A stretch of 64,000 bases of DNA, from NCBI RefSeq assembly GCF_009914755.1, contig NC_060926.1; one strand, 5' to 3'. Source of the DNA: the human T2T-CHM13v2.0 reference genome, Homo sapiens. The notes beneath the pieces are model-generated. The model made no database searches and was not told where the DNA came from. It saw only the letters and a program-made list of their open reading frames with translations. Positions 15,187 to 28,059 of the stretch are shown here, piece by piece (position 1 is the stretch's first letter; each line of letters opens with the position of its first letter). Made by a program: the position numbers and the translations under genes.

Positions 15187-17864
15187 CATATGCTTTTTAT
15201 ATACATTACTATATGAAATAATGGAAGAATAGGAATGACAAGGTTCAGGTCTACCAAACCCAATCTGATTTATTTTAATGCAACTATTCATAATAAAAGT
15301 TATTAAAATATAGAATCTGTTAAAATATAAATATAAAATATAAATTTTAACCAAATGGAATGCCAAGATAAAGATTTGTTGTTAACAAGGGCTCACAGAA
15401 CAGGATCAACAGAATGGGAAAAATGCCTGGAGAAAAGGGTCCAGATATCAGTAAAGACATCACACCCACAGTGATCAGGTTATCAGTGAGTACCAGTAGA
15501 TACCGAGTGGAAGGAAGTCAAAGTCTCCATTTATACCCAAATGTCTGGCATGCAGTTTGCTGCATGTAACTACTAAGTTGACTGTACAATCATTGCCTTT
15601 TTATTAAGTTCAATCATTCTCAGTGATCATTCTAATCCGAGAACCCATTTATCCAGCTACTATTATAAGAAGGCACCTAGGTAGGACTGACATTTACAAA
15701 GGCTAACATCAGATGAGGAGCACTGTCTGTGGAGTGTCAAAATTTCAGGGTCTGCCACATTTTCACAGTAGCAAAGAAAATGAAACAGGACATTAAATGT
15801 GTAGTCACAGGTCAGAGTTTTCATTCCTTTAAGAACGGAATACTTGAATAAAACAGAGGATGGGTGTGACGTTGGAAAGCTACATTGACACATGAAGAGT
15901 CCTCACACGGCAGGTGAAGGATTAGAACACTTATCCTTAGGTGCTGTGAGCCATCGAAAGCTTGTAGGCAAGAAGCAGAACTGTGGGAGGAAGATTGAAG
16001 GAAGATTAGTGTGGTAGAGACATGGGAGCAGAACGGAGGGAAGCCTGAAGGCAGGGCCGCATATCAAAGCAGCAACAATTGTCCAGGGATGAGGCAACAA
16101 GACTAAGGGATTGTTTGTTCTCTGATATTGGATTTACTTTGTACGTTTAAATTTTACCACTGACTGGTAGTTTTGTGACAAAATAAAAATATGCATGGCA
16201 GGGCTCACCTGGCATAAACAGATGGGGCTTCAGAAGTTCTCTGTAAGTGTCTACACCTCTGTCCTTGGACCATCATCCCTTTCAGTGGTGAAGACTTTGG
16301 ATCTGTTACCCTGTGAGGTTTCCCTGTGAGGTTGAAACCCATATCAAAAGTGTTGACAGTACCTGCTGTGTTGGGTGGACTTCCTCCTGAGTGAAGGTCC
16401 TCACCCTGAGTGAGTTATTTCACTTGGAAAAAAGGAATTTGTATCATTGGGAGTGGTTCAATCTAAAACAAGGATTGAGAGTAAGGCCCCAAGCCTTAAA
16501 AAGAAGAAAGGAATATTATTTTTTGAACACTAATTTTATGGTAGCTTCAACATCTCGTTTAATTCCTCAGTATTAGAACAGAGATATTATAATACCCATC
16601 AACTGATAAAGAAATTAGCATACAGTTTAAATTATGCAAGGTGATAAATCTAGTCATTGGTGGAGGGACGATTCTAAGCAAGATGTGGTTAGTGATGGAG
16701 TTCACGGGATTTCCACGAACGGCAACAGGAGAAAAGTAATAAAAGAGCCTGTATTCAAGGATAGAGATTACACATTTGACTCTATAAGTCTTTTCCTTTC
16801 ACTTAGGTACAACCTAGATCAATTAATTAAATGTTACCAGCAAGCCAATTACAGCAAGGCCAAGTTAGATCAAGAATGAAGCAATGTGACATTTTAGGGG
16901 TGAGTTAGTACCAGTGTCCCTGTATATGTGACCTGTGATCAATTGTTGCTTTTACTGCCCTGATATTTCTCATTATGGTCTGAGGAAATTGTTAGTTTTC
17001 CTCTTTCAAAGGAAGTCATGGGACTCAGTATCAGTCTTGTCAAGCGTAATGGAGGCTGTTTGATGTTGGACATAATCATGAGGATCAAGGTAAGATGCCA
17101 CAGGTAGGACCATGAGTGGGAGCCACTGAGCTTCACCAATGCACAACTCTGCTGAGGGCGGCAGTGCAAGAGGCTCTTCCCCTCTCCCCAGCTTGGTCAC
17201 ACTGTACCCAGATCATCATATAGTCTCTGGTTCCATTAGTGCTAATAGCCCTGCAATGCCTGACTTCAATACTGGTCACACCATCTCTGACCTTTGAAAC
17301 TTATAGTCAGTCACTGAGTTCCCCAGTTGACACTAATGCTTCCCACAAACCCTGGCTAACTTAAGGTTGTCCCAGCCATTCTTTACTCTTGGCTGTCTCC
17401 AGTAGGATGTTCACTGAAGTTACAATCCTTGGGACCCAAATTTAGGCATTTTTCAGAAAGGTGGGGGAAGAGGGTTAGTCCTTCTGTCCTACTTCATCTT
17501 CAACTAAACAAGAAGGTGCCTACAAAGGACATAGCTGAAACCCTACAATGTTGGCGAACAGTCTGGAGACCTGGCGGCCTGGAACCCACACCAGGAAGGA
17601 GGACTGGTTGTTAGCATTCTGAGCCCTGGGACTGCTGAGACTCTGAATAATGGGAGGGGAGTTCAGACAGAACTGAGCCCTGTTAACAGTCCATGCCAGT
17701 GGGAGCATGGCGCTCAGTGATTAGCGAACCTCTACTTCCACAATGCAGCAAATGCAGTTTTAATTGAAGCCATGCTTTTCTTTCCATTCATTCATTGTGT
17801 CCTTTAGTGATTAATTAATTATTCTCTAATACTTCCACACATACTGGGCAGTTTTCCAACCTTT

Positions 17865-18570
17865 TAGTTATAAGGAAAATATAATAAAATTACAATGAGG
17901 TATCACTACACATCTACCAGAATGACTGGAGTTAAAATACCAACTGTTGGCATAGTTACAAAGTGGAGAATTCATTCACTGCTGGTTAGAATGCAAATTG
18001 ACAGAGTCACTTTGGAAAACTGTTTGGCACTGTGCACTAGAGCTAAGCATATGCACACCATATGGCACAGAAATTCACCCAACAGACATGGGTACTTACA
18101 TGTCCTGAAAAATATGTTCAGACATGTTCTTAAAGACATTATGTGGAAGAGACCCCAAAGAGGAAGCAATCCTGATAAGATGGATGAATAAAGTATGATA
18201 TTTTTATACAATGGAATACTATTCACCAATGAAAATGAACAAAATAAAACTATACTCTAAAATATGGGTGAATTTCATAAACAACATTTTCTGAAAGCAG
18301 ACAGACACAAAAGAGTAAATAATGACTTATTCCATTTATACAAGTTTTAAGATTAGGAAAACTAATATGTGCTGTTTGAAGTTGGGACAGTGTTTACCTC
18401 TGGGAGGATGCAGGGCATAGCAGGGAGCATGTAGGGGGCCTCTGAAGTGTGGTGATTTTATGCTTTCTGTATTTCTTATATGGGCGTATTCTCTTTGTCA
18501 TAAGTCATTGAGGACTTATGACTTGTGCAATTTTTGTAGATACTGCACTTCAATTTCAAAATGTTTATAA
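17865..18570 (+). mobile_element. L1ME-class 3' end
   Basis: Motifs 'acaatgaggtatcactacacatctaccagaatg', 'cactttggaaaactgtttggca' and 'cagacacaaaagagta..ttccatttata'. Confidence 0.7.
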
Positions 18571-18571
18571 A

Positions 18572-19399
18572 AAGACCCATCAGTGTGCTGTATTCAGGAA
18601 ACCCATCTCACATGCAGACACACACATAGGCTCACAATAAAGGGATGGAGGAAGATCTACCAAGCAAATGGAAAACAAAAAGGGCAGGGGTTGCAATCCT
18701 AGTCTCTGACAAAACAGACTTTAAACCAACAAAGATCAAAAGAGACAAAGAAGGCCATTACATAATGGTAAAAGGAACAATTCAACAAGAAGAACTGACT
18801 ATCCTAAATATATATGCACCCAATACAGGAGCACCAAGATTCATAAAGCAAGTCCTTAGAGACCCACAAAGAGATTTAGACTCCCACACAATAATAATGG
18901 GAGACTTTAACACCCCACTGTCAACATTAGACAGATAAACGAGACAGAAGTTAACAAGGATATCCAGGAATTGAACTCAGCTCTGCACCAAGCGGACCTA
19001 ATAGACATCTACAGAAGTCTCCACCCCAAATCAACAATGATAGACTGGATTAAGAAAATGTGCCACATATACACCATGGAATACTATGCAGCCATAAAAA
19101 AGGATGAGTTCATGTCCTTTGTAGGGACATGGATGAAGCTGGAGACCATCATTCTCAGCAAACTATCGCAAGGACAAAAAACCAAACACTGCATGTTCTC
19201 ACTCATAGGTGGGAATTGAACAATGAAAACACTTGGACACAGGAAGGGGAACATCACACACCAGGGCCTGTTGTGGGGTGGAGGGAGGGGGGAGGGATAG
19301 CATTAGGAGATATACCTAATGTAAATGATGAGTTAATGGGTGCAGCACACCAACATGGCACATGTATACATATGTAACAAACCGGCATGTTGTGCACAT

Positions 19400-19403
<4 letters not shown>
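18572..19403 (+). mobile_element. L1PA with internal deletion: endonuclease segment fused to ORF2 C-terminus and 3'UTR
   Basis: ORF 18645-18938 is the L1 EN domain (GVAILVSDK, NIYAPNTG, GDFNTPLS). ORF 18971-19219 reads ...LHPKST directly into MIDWIKK...GGN*. Confidence 0.95.

Positions 19404-19446
<43 letters not shown>
19404..19446. repeat. (TA)n microsatellite replacing the L1 terminus
   Basis: Pure TA run of about 21 units directly after gcacatgtac. Confidence 0.95.
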
Positions 19447-19450
<4 letters not shown>

Positions 19451-20652
19451 AAATGCGATATCTTTCTCAAAAAAAAGTGTGCATATGTGTGTGCATTCGT
19501 GTGTGTGTGTGCAGAGAGAGTGGGAGATTTATTTTAAAGAATATTTGTGGGGCTTTATCTCCTTATTCAGTGCTTCCAGGGAATTTTGCTTGGGTGTAGT
19601 CCCCAGGCCTTTCGAGGGACACGTCCACATCAGGTAGTGGGGCAGAGGGAGGAGGGAGCATTGCCCTGACACTGCCCTAGCTACTCAGCCAGGGCACTGG
19701 AGGCTTCGGTTCTGCAGATGGTAAAGGTAAAATTCTGGCTACTACTATGCTGCTCACAGACCCCATTCTTCCTAAGAGTTTGAAGCCCACTTGAGTATCC
19801 ATGATCTTCAGTTGCAACATTTTGAAAAACCCCAAGAAGTCACTATGGAGTGAGTAGCAATGGGGCTAAGGGGAAAGCCTGTAATAAACCCAAAATAGAA
19901 TTACTTTTACTTTCTTCAAGAAGAGACAGTTACAAGGAAGATGGACGGGGAAGAACAGAAATAATGGTGTGCTCCATCAGTGTGGGATTTGCAAAGCAAT
20001 TCCTCTTTCAGTGGAGGACTTCAGTTTCTTCACGGGGAATTAATAACGTCAATCTTCAGTTCAATTATAGTCAACAAATATTGCCTGCATTCCTATTATG
20101 TGCCAGATGCAATGCCAGGTGTGGAGGATTCAGATGAAGTGTGCAATTCCCACTGTGCTCATGGTTGACTCCTTAGCCAAATGGATGGGCACACAAGCAA
20201 AGAGCTTGACAGTACAAATGATTTCACAGAAAGGCAAACAATTTTTGCAGGATCAATAAAAACAGCATGGGGTGACTAATTACAGATTCCTAACTAAAGT
20301 GTTTTATTAAATTGTGGCTTTCTTCCCCCACATAAACAGAGTTGGCTGTCCAGGGCTTTGGTGCAGGCTCTAGGAAGCCACCTTCATTCCTTCTACTTTA
20401 CCATGTTGGTGTGTATCCTCCTTCCTCAAGGTCACATAATGGCTGCTGGAGCTCAAGCCTTTTGTCTAAGTTCCAGAGAGAAGGAAAGGGAAGGTAAAGG
20501 AGCAAGAGGAAGACCCTGGCCATTTCCTAGAAGCTCCACCCAATGATGTCCCTTACATCTCATTGGCCCTTCTTACTGCAATGGTATGTGGGAAATGTAG
20601 TATTTTATTTGAGCACTTTGACACTCTGAATACATCACGTATTTATTACTAA

Positions 20653-21302
20653 GTGTATATCAGCTGGTCTTCAACCACAGGATCAGAACCACTGTGAGTT
20701 ATATGGAATAAGGGAGTAATGAACAGGTTTGGACCATTTGTAATTTTTGGAGATGGTTAAGCAGTCTATGTAAGCCTTTATCTTTAAGCCTCGTGTTGGT
20801 TCTGAGCCTTAAGTCAGCCTGGCCATTAGTCAGGAGGAAGACTGGAAGTGACATGAGGGATTGCAAGGACAAACTGGAAGCTATTCGCATGACTGGATCC
20901 CATAAAGACACACTGGAATCTGTGAGGATAAACTGGACCCCACATCTGTCTCTCACAGTCTTCACCCTTAATGGCATGGGTGACCTGTAGGAAAAGCTGA
21001 TGCCATTTGCAAAGAAGTGATGTATGCGCTACCCAGAACTTGGAGCAGCTGAAAGAGGCAGTCTGTTAGAACTGCAGGAGCCAGGAGGCAGCAAGGCGAG
21101 CCAGCAGGGCAGAGACAAGAGTCCCCAGCCCAGCAGTGTCTGGTGCCCTACATCGTACTTCAGAGCATACGCAGAGCCTGCTGGTTCACCTCTGCCTCCA
21201 AAATCTTATACAAACTCCTTTCTTTTCTGGTCAACCCTTACCCAAAACCATACAAGAGGGAATTCAGGGAACAGTAGTTCGAATTTAGTTAAGTTGATAT
21301 AG
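20653..21302 (-). mobile_element. Probable old ERVL-class LTR (subfamily uncertain)
   Basis: Internal repeated motif (ggacaaactggaa, acacactggaa, gataaactggac) and an LTR-like end 'gggaattcagggaacagtagttc..agttaagttga'. Confidence 0.4.
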
Positions 21303-21865
21303 TTCAGGACTATAGTCTCAAGGTAGAGGGGATAATGGGCATGGTGCCAGCAGAGAGCCATATCTCCCACAGAAGGAGAGCAGTCAGCCAGAACTGGGTT
21401 GAAAAGGATGACGTGTTTTCTAAGTGCACGGGAAACTTCTCAGATGAGAATAGCATGTGTGCCAAAGAGGAAGAAAACACAGCGTGGTGTTCCACAGGCA
21501 CTTCCAAATTGCTAGAGCATGAGACAAAAATGGGGTTGGAGGCGTGGGAGGAGAGGAAGCTGAGGACCATAGAACTATATTGACCTCCGTTTTATGTACA
21601 TAACCTTGTAATATCATGGAAAACATGAAAACTCCTAACACCCCTGTGTTTGTCAGGACCTTGGCCCCTTGCCAAGCATATGGGGCTCCATAAATCAGTT
21701 AGAACTGTGTCTGGGTAAGTAACAGAAATTCCAATGACAGTAGCCTAAATAGAAAAGGTGCTATTTGTCACATATTACAAAACGTCTGGGAAAACAGGGC
21801 AGGTGTGATAGCTGAGCAATGACATCGGGCCTTTTCAATACATGTGCTCTGTTATCCCTTCTGAA

Positions 21866-22240
21866 TGTTTCAGATTGGGTTCATTGGAAACAGATGTGAG
21901 ACCAGGCATTTCCTTAAGAGGGTTTACTGGGGAGAGCTTTCAGGAGACGTACCAGTTAGGGACATGAGGAAGGCAGGTCTGAGCAGTGGGAGATGCTGAA
22001 CAGCAAAGCAGTAACAACTCATGCCTCAGTCAATCCTAAGGAGTCTCTGGAGCTGGGATGCCCCTCAGAGTCATCCCAAATGCAGGCCCTCCATATTCCA
22101 CATCAGCCCATCATTGCCTGGGCTGTGGCGCCTCCTTTAGGCCAAGGGCAACCTTAAGAAGCAACACAGTTGTGTCTTCAGCTACCACTCTCAATATATG
22201 GGGGACAGGTCTTGGCAGAGCCCTCTGGAATCTACTGCAG
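21866..22240 (-). mobile_element. LTR33-like ERVL LTR
   Basis: Contains 'tgtttcagattgggttcattggaaacagatgtgagac' and 'ctctggagctgggatgcccctcagagtcatccc'. Confidence 0.6.
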
Positions 22241-23748
22241 TTGATGAGGTTTAATCCTTATGCACGTCACTTCATGCCACAAGGTAGATGCTACGCCTCA
22301 TGGTCTCACATCCCCTCCTAGGCAGGTTCTAGAGGTGCAAATGGGCAGAGAAACTCCTTCTCAACAAGGCTGGGCCTTTCCACTCATGAAAAGTGTGTCC
22401 TTCTGAGGGATTTCTACCAACACTTTATGTGCTTGAGCTGTAACCCATTATCATCTCTACTGTTAGGGAAGTGGGGAGTTTAATGCTAAGGATACTACTA
22501 AGGACTCTGAAACATCTGCGTTCCGTAGTAAAAGGAGGAGGGAATGGGTATTTGGAAGACAGATAGCAGGTCTGACACCCTGCAGATGGTGACTTTAAAA
22601 GGAGTTAAGTAGACTTGGTCTCTGCCTACCTAATGTTCAATCTCAACTGGCAAAGGTTCAAGGAAAATAAAACCATGTCACACTATTAGTGCAGAGGAAT
22701 ACTGGAACACAGCTCTGGAAAATAATTAGGAATGGATGCTAGAGAAACTCTAGCACCTGAAGGCATAAAGGAGATGAGCATGTGATGTGCGTTTCACCAT
22801 CATTTATAACACCCATCTACAAAGCCTAAATGTCCAACGCAGGGACATGGATGAATAAAATGCAATCACTCATATAATTTATTCATTCACTCACAAATGT
22901 TTATTAAGGCTCTATTAAATGTCGGCCTTCATGCCTCCTTTTCAGGGCCCTGAGAATTGGCCAAAAAGACCTGGCTCATCCATGGTACGCTGTTGCTGGT
23001 CTGGTCACTTCTTTCTGAGGCTGCTTTTGCTCAACTAGACTCCTATTTGTTTCTTTCTTAAAGCTGCAGCAAAACTTTGGACTGAATGCATCATGTCCCA
23101 TTTATTGGAAATCATTGTTAATGTCATATTTCACAAGATATCATATAGGAGGCAAACAGAGCAGTGTGGTCCCTAAAGTCTTGGCTTCCCAGTCCCAGCT
23201 GGCAAGACCCTAGAGCTAACTACATCTGGGTCAGGCAGAGCATGTCCAACCGATTACCATTAAGTATTATTAGACACTTTAAGTGAAGCCAATTTTTACA
23301 TCCGTGAGAATAATCGAGGGGTTGCGTACCTCTGAACAGAAAATGGGAAAGAACTGACGGCATGATTGACTCAAATTCCACCACAATTACTTCATCAATT
23401 TTATTATTTATGTTCTTCATTCAAAATCATCTGTCTTTAAATGACTATTCTTGAGGATTCAAAATCATATAATCAATTTAATTATATGTTTGATTTTAAG
23501 TTATAGAGACACATTCATCCTATTATCTGTTTATGAATAAATATTTTGACACGAACGTATTCTGTATAATGTAGAAGTATTCACATTTATGATTTGTTGT
23601 ACATCTCAATTCCATTCACCCATGCTGAGTTATCAAATGCAGGTCACTAACCACCACATGCTGTCCCATGGCTGGAGGAAATGAGCGGGGCTATGAGGTG
23701 ACCTCCCACTGGAGACTGGAGAAAATAGCCCGCACCCCAAAAGATATG

Positions 23749-23769
23749 CACACACACACACACACACAC
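23749..23769. repeat. (CA)10 microsatellite
   Basis: Directly visible. Confidence 0.9.
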
Positions 23770-24856
23770 CCTCCACAGTGCTGTGAGACTTATTTCTTCA
23801 GAAAACAAGCCAAGAAAATGGAGGAGACCAGGCGTCTGAGTCGGCCAAAGTATGTGCCTATTGCCCTAAAGAGAAACTCAACCTCATTCAGACCCCCTTT
23901 ACTTTTGTTTTAGAAACAATCTAACAGCTGACTATGGGGCTCTGGCCCACACCTTCACCTCCACCTGGTGGCTCTCCCAGCTCACCCACCCCACCCTGGG
24001 GGAGCAGCTCCCACATGCCCTCAGGGGAAATGCTTCCTCCTTAGGAATGTGAGCCAGTGGGCCCCAAAGGGCCTCACGGATTCAGCCCACCCTTCCAGCT
24101 CCAGAGCCCAGGCCTTGACCTGCCAATGTGTCTTCTCCACAGGGTCTTCCAGGTTAGTGCAGCCCCCACCTCTGCTGCAGCAGTCTCCCTCTGGGGTGTC
24201 CCCACCTCTGACCCCCGCAAGCCCTGATGCAGGACAGGCACTGTGCTGGCACAGGCAGTAGGTGCCTGTTGCATGAGATAAAGGCCAGGCTCTGGGCATG
24301 TCATGAACCACTCTAGCCATCCCACCTGCCATTGCAAGGACCTCCCCACAGGCCTTTGGAAGAGCAGCCTTTGCCAGAATCTCCCCAACTCTGCGCAGCT
24401 GCGGGGGTGGGGGTCGAGCCTCCACAGTGCTCCCTCTCGGCCTCGGAGGGCACCCTACACCATTGCTCACCCCTACCATGTACCCCTGCCTATGTCGGGC
24501 CCCTGCTGCAGTGCCTTCCCCTCTGACGCTGCTCTCAGTCCAGTCCACCTCCACCCTATCCCTGAGCTCAGTGTGTCCCCATCAGTGCCACCCTGCAGTG
24601 ACCCCACCTGCCAACGGGTCGCTCCTTCCTTTCACCCTCCCACAGGGATCTGGGCTGCTGTGGGGCCCCCTGAGGAGTACTGTCCGACAATGCTAGTGCC
24701 ACAGCTTCCATGGGATTCCTCCACTGCACCTGTTTCCTCCTGCTCAGACCGAAGTAGGCCTGAGTTGAGTGTCATGGGGCTCTCAGAACGCCCTTCCCTT
24801 CCTGAAAACCTCTCCTGATGTCCATGACCCCCGCGCCATCCCAATCTTAAAGCTCA

Positions 24857-25240
24857 TGTGATAGGTTGGGATCCCTGGGAAGCCACCTCTGAGATGGGCT
24901 TTGGCAGGGCGGGTGTTTATTGAGAAGCGTCCCCAGGGTCAGTGCCTATGAAGGAAAGGGAGGAGGTTGAGCTATGAGGCAGCACCGAGGACAGGCTCTG
25001 TTGCCTGCTCTGGGGGTCCTCAGGCTAGAATGGCCTTTGGGGCTGTCCTGAGTTGGGCCCGGGGTGGCCAGGCCTCTGTGCTCCTGCCTAATAGAGTCCT
25101 GGTTGTCTGGGGTGCCCTGAGCGAATGGCTCTCTACAGCTGTGGTGCTGAACTGACAGTGGGCCTGACCGCTGCAGCCTTCAGTCCCTGGAGCAGCGAGC
25201 TCTTCATGGAAGGGGCCCGCCAGACCTATGCTCTCCACCA
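24857..25240 (-). mobile_element. LTR33-like ERVL LTR
   Basis: Contains 'taggttgggatccctgggaagccacctctgagatgg..gtttattgagaag' and 'ggctagaatggcctttggggctgtcctgagttggg'. Confidence 0.55.
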
Positions 25241-25720
25241 GGTCTGTGTTTCTTTTTGGAGTTTCTCTTTTGGGTTTGCTTTTCATTCCAGCCTGGCACA
25301 CAAGCCCTCTGCGACTTGCTCCAGCAACTAACCTGTCCTTCTGCCTGAGCGTCCCCTTGCTGCCCTCCCTCTATTCCACTCTTACCCACTCAGACTTTGA
25401 GAGCCAGGCCAGAGCTCCCCCTTGTACAGATGGTTTGCTGAAGGGCCTGGCAGGTGGGGTCACTCTGCCCTCTGTAAGAATGCCTGGACAGAGAGCCAGA
25501 GACCACCCCGACCATCCCTTTCCATCAGTGACAGCAGAAAAGAGCACCTCTGTGGACCTTCCCAAACAGAAAGACCAAGGTCTTGTGACCGGGGTTTGCT
25601 GAAGGAAAAATGGTCATCAGCACTGGAAATAGTAGCTTTTAAATGTTGTCACTGAGGTGGGTTCCTGTGCAGGACGAGGAGCAGGACCAGCCATCTTGGC
25701 CATGCTCAGAGACACAGAAA

Positions 25721-25786
25721 GAGGTGGATTCCTTATGGAGAGAGAGGTGGATTCTTTATGGAGAGAGAGGTGGATTCTTTATGGAG
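25721..25786. repeat. 23-bp minisatellite, 2.9 copies
   Basis: Unit gaggtggattc(c/t)ttatggagaga starting at 25721, 25744 and 25767. Confidence 0.95.
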
Positions 25787-27279
25787 GGGGAGCAGAGAGA
25801 GGACAGGGGCTCAAGGATGGCCCCCACACAGCTCACTGGGAGGCTTGCTCTGAGTCCCAGCCTCCTGCCCAGGAGATTTGGGCAGTTGGGGTTGCAGGAG
25901 TGAGTTAGTACCAAAGGTGTACCCGACTGTGTACACTTGTGGAATAGATAATGCAACCAGGGATGGCTGCAGTGCTTGAAGGAAGAGTAATGTCATTACA
26001 GCCATGTGGGTGAATGTGAGTGTGTCTGTGCCACGCACACCCACCCAGAGAGTCCAAGAACAAAGGCATGACTGTTGGACAAGCATGAAACTGCAAATTA
26101 GTGCTTCTGATATGATATTGCCTCATGAATAATCAGGACATTCTCCTAACCTCGGGTGTGATTTGAAACTGGGAGTGTGGCCATATGGCATCATTATGCA
26201 GCAATACCACCGTCAACCATGGCTCCAGGAATAGAATTATTTCTTAAAGAGGTCAGCCTTGTGAAAGTCTCTGTTTTGTTTGGGTTTGTTTCTAAATCCT
26301 GCTAAGCAGAACAGTGAGCTAGGGCCATAGGACAAGAATTCCTTGGCACAGTCAGCTTTGACTAGGAATTGCACTCGGTTAATGATGAATCTTGGCAGCT
26401 TCTCGCTGTGGCAGCCTTTCTCCACCATTTCAACTCTATTTTTAAATGCTAGTTGCTCTCCCACTTTTACTTTGTTAGTGGAGAATCTCACATGCATTAA
26501 TGGATACAGCAATTAATACCCAACTGCCTGATCTGAGGTTTGCAGGCTATGTGACCCGAACATCCTTGGTTGCATACTCTGTCCTGTAAGTGTTCATGGG
26601 CCTGGCACAGGTGGTACCCGCAGACATTCTTAAATGTGCCTCAGTAAGAGAGTCCAGGGTTATGAAGCAGGCATTGCAATGGAGAGTCTCCACTACTGAA
26701 TGATGTTCAGCCCATACAGGCCACTGATGTGCTAGAACTCGATTCATGGTATTGTGTAAGCTCACCTTTCACTGCCATGAAGAAATTAGGAGCTTGCGTT
26801 TCTCACACTGGATTCTTTGTGTCTGTCTCATTTGTGTCCTGTGAAGCTTCCAGCATGAGGCAGACACACGACTTCCGACTATAGGGAGGTGATATGTGAG
26901 CACTCCTCACCCTCACTTTCTCATTGGCACAGTCCACTCCAATCCTCAGAGCCACTCTCAGGGAGAATGGAGTCCTCTAGTACACGAAGGAGACCTCCTC
27001 CTACTCCTCATCCACTCACTGAGCATTAGCAGGACGGACTGTGTGGTCTCCAGAAGACACTGAACTCCAATGCTTTAGCAACACTAACTCCTAGACTTCT
27101 CAGCCAAGTAATAAAATCTACTTCTGTCCCACCCCGTTCCTTCCACTCCACAACGCTGCACACTGCCTCATTCTACTGCATTTTATTTCAACTCCACTTG
27201 CTCTATTATGTTACAGTCAAGTATTACTACCATGCCTTGGGAAGCACAGAAGAAAAATATGGAGTGAAGCCAACCTTTC

Positions 27280-27740
27280 TTTTTCCCTAGATTGACTTTA
27301 TTGTGATACAGTTTACGTAGAATAAAAAGCAGCAGATTTTAAGTGTATAATTTGATGAATTTGATAAATGGATGCCCCTGTCTAATCCACATCCTGATTA
27401 AGATATATGACTTTTCATAAGCCTAGAAGATTATTTTATGCTCTTTTGCCAGCTATTCCCCCACGTTAGTCAGACATGAATCTGATTTCTTTCATCATAG
27501 CTTAGTTTTGCCAGCTCTGGAGCATCACGTAAACAGCATTCTATAATCTGGACTCTTTCACTGAACGTAACATTGTTGAGATCTACCCATGCTGCTGCAT
27601 AGCTCCATAGTTCATTGTCATTTTGAGTAGTGTGTTATTGTATGGGTATACACGACATGTTATATACAAATATACACTGAAACAAATATACATGTGTATA
27701 AATATACCACATTTGCTTATATATTCACCTACTAATGGAC
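27280..27740 (-). mobile_element. Old L1M 3' end
   Basis: Contains 'gactttattgtgatacagtttacgtagaataaaa..gattttaagtgtataatttgatgaattttgataaatg' and 'gagatctacccatgctgctgcat'. Confidence 0.65.
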
Positions 27741-28059
27741 AAATTAATGATGGGATTTTGGGCTATCTTTTTCTTTTTAATGTGGAAAGATTAAATGCAT
27801 GAAATGGTGAGAAAATAGTACAACAGTTTATTTCAAATAAATAACTAAATATATAATTTACAGTGTAAATACAGAATAAAAATACTAGTATAGTGTGTTG
27901 GAAAGAATATGAGATTTCAAGTGAAAGAAAGGTTTTGTTTTCACTTCTGCAATTACCTAGGAACCTGGGAAATCTCACAATCTATTTAATGTTGGCTTTT
28001 TTCCCATATAAAAACAAGCTATCATCTTCTGGGAAGATAAAGTAAGAAAATTTTTGCTT

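Noticed and set aside
16900-17760. Possible exon or ERV-internal fragment
   Set aside because: No recognisable protein motif in the listed frames and no convincing splice-site pair.
23968-24844. ORFs of 177 aa and 171 aa in GC-rich unique sequence
   Set aside because: They overlap on both strands, have compositionally biased translations and resemble no protein family I recognise.
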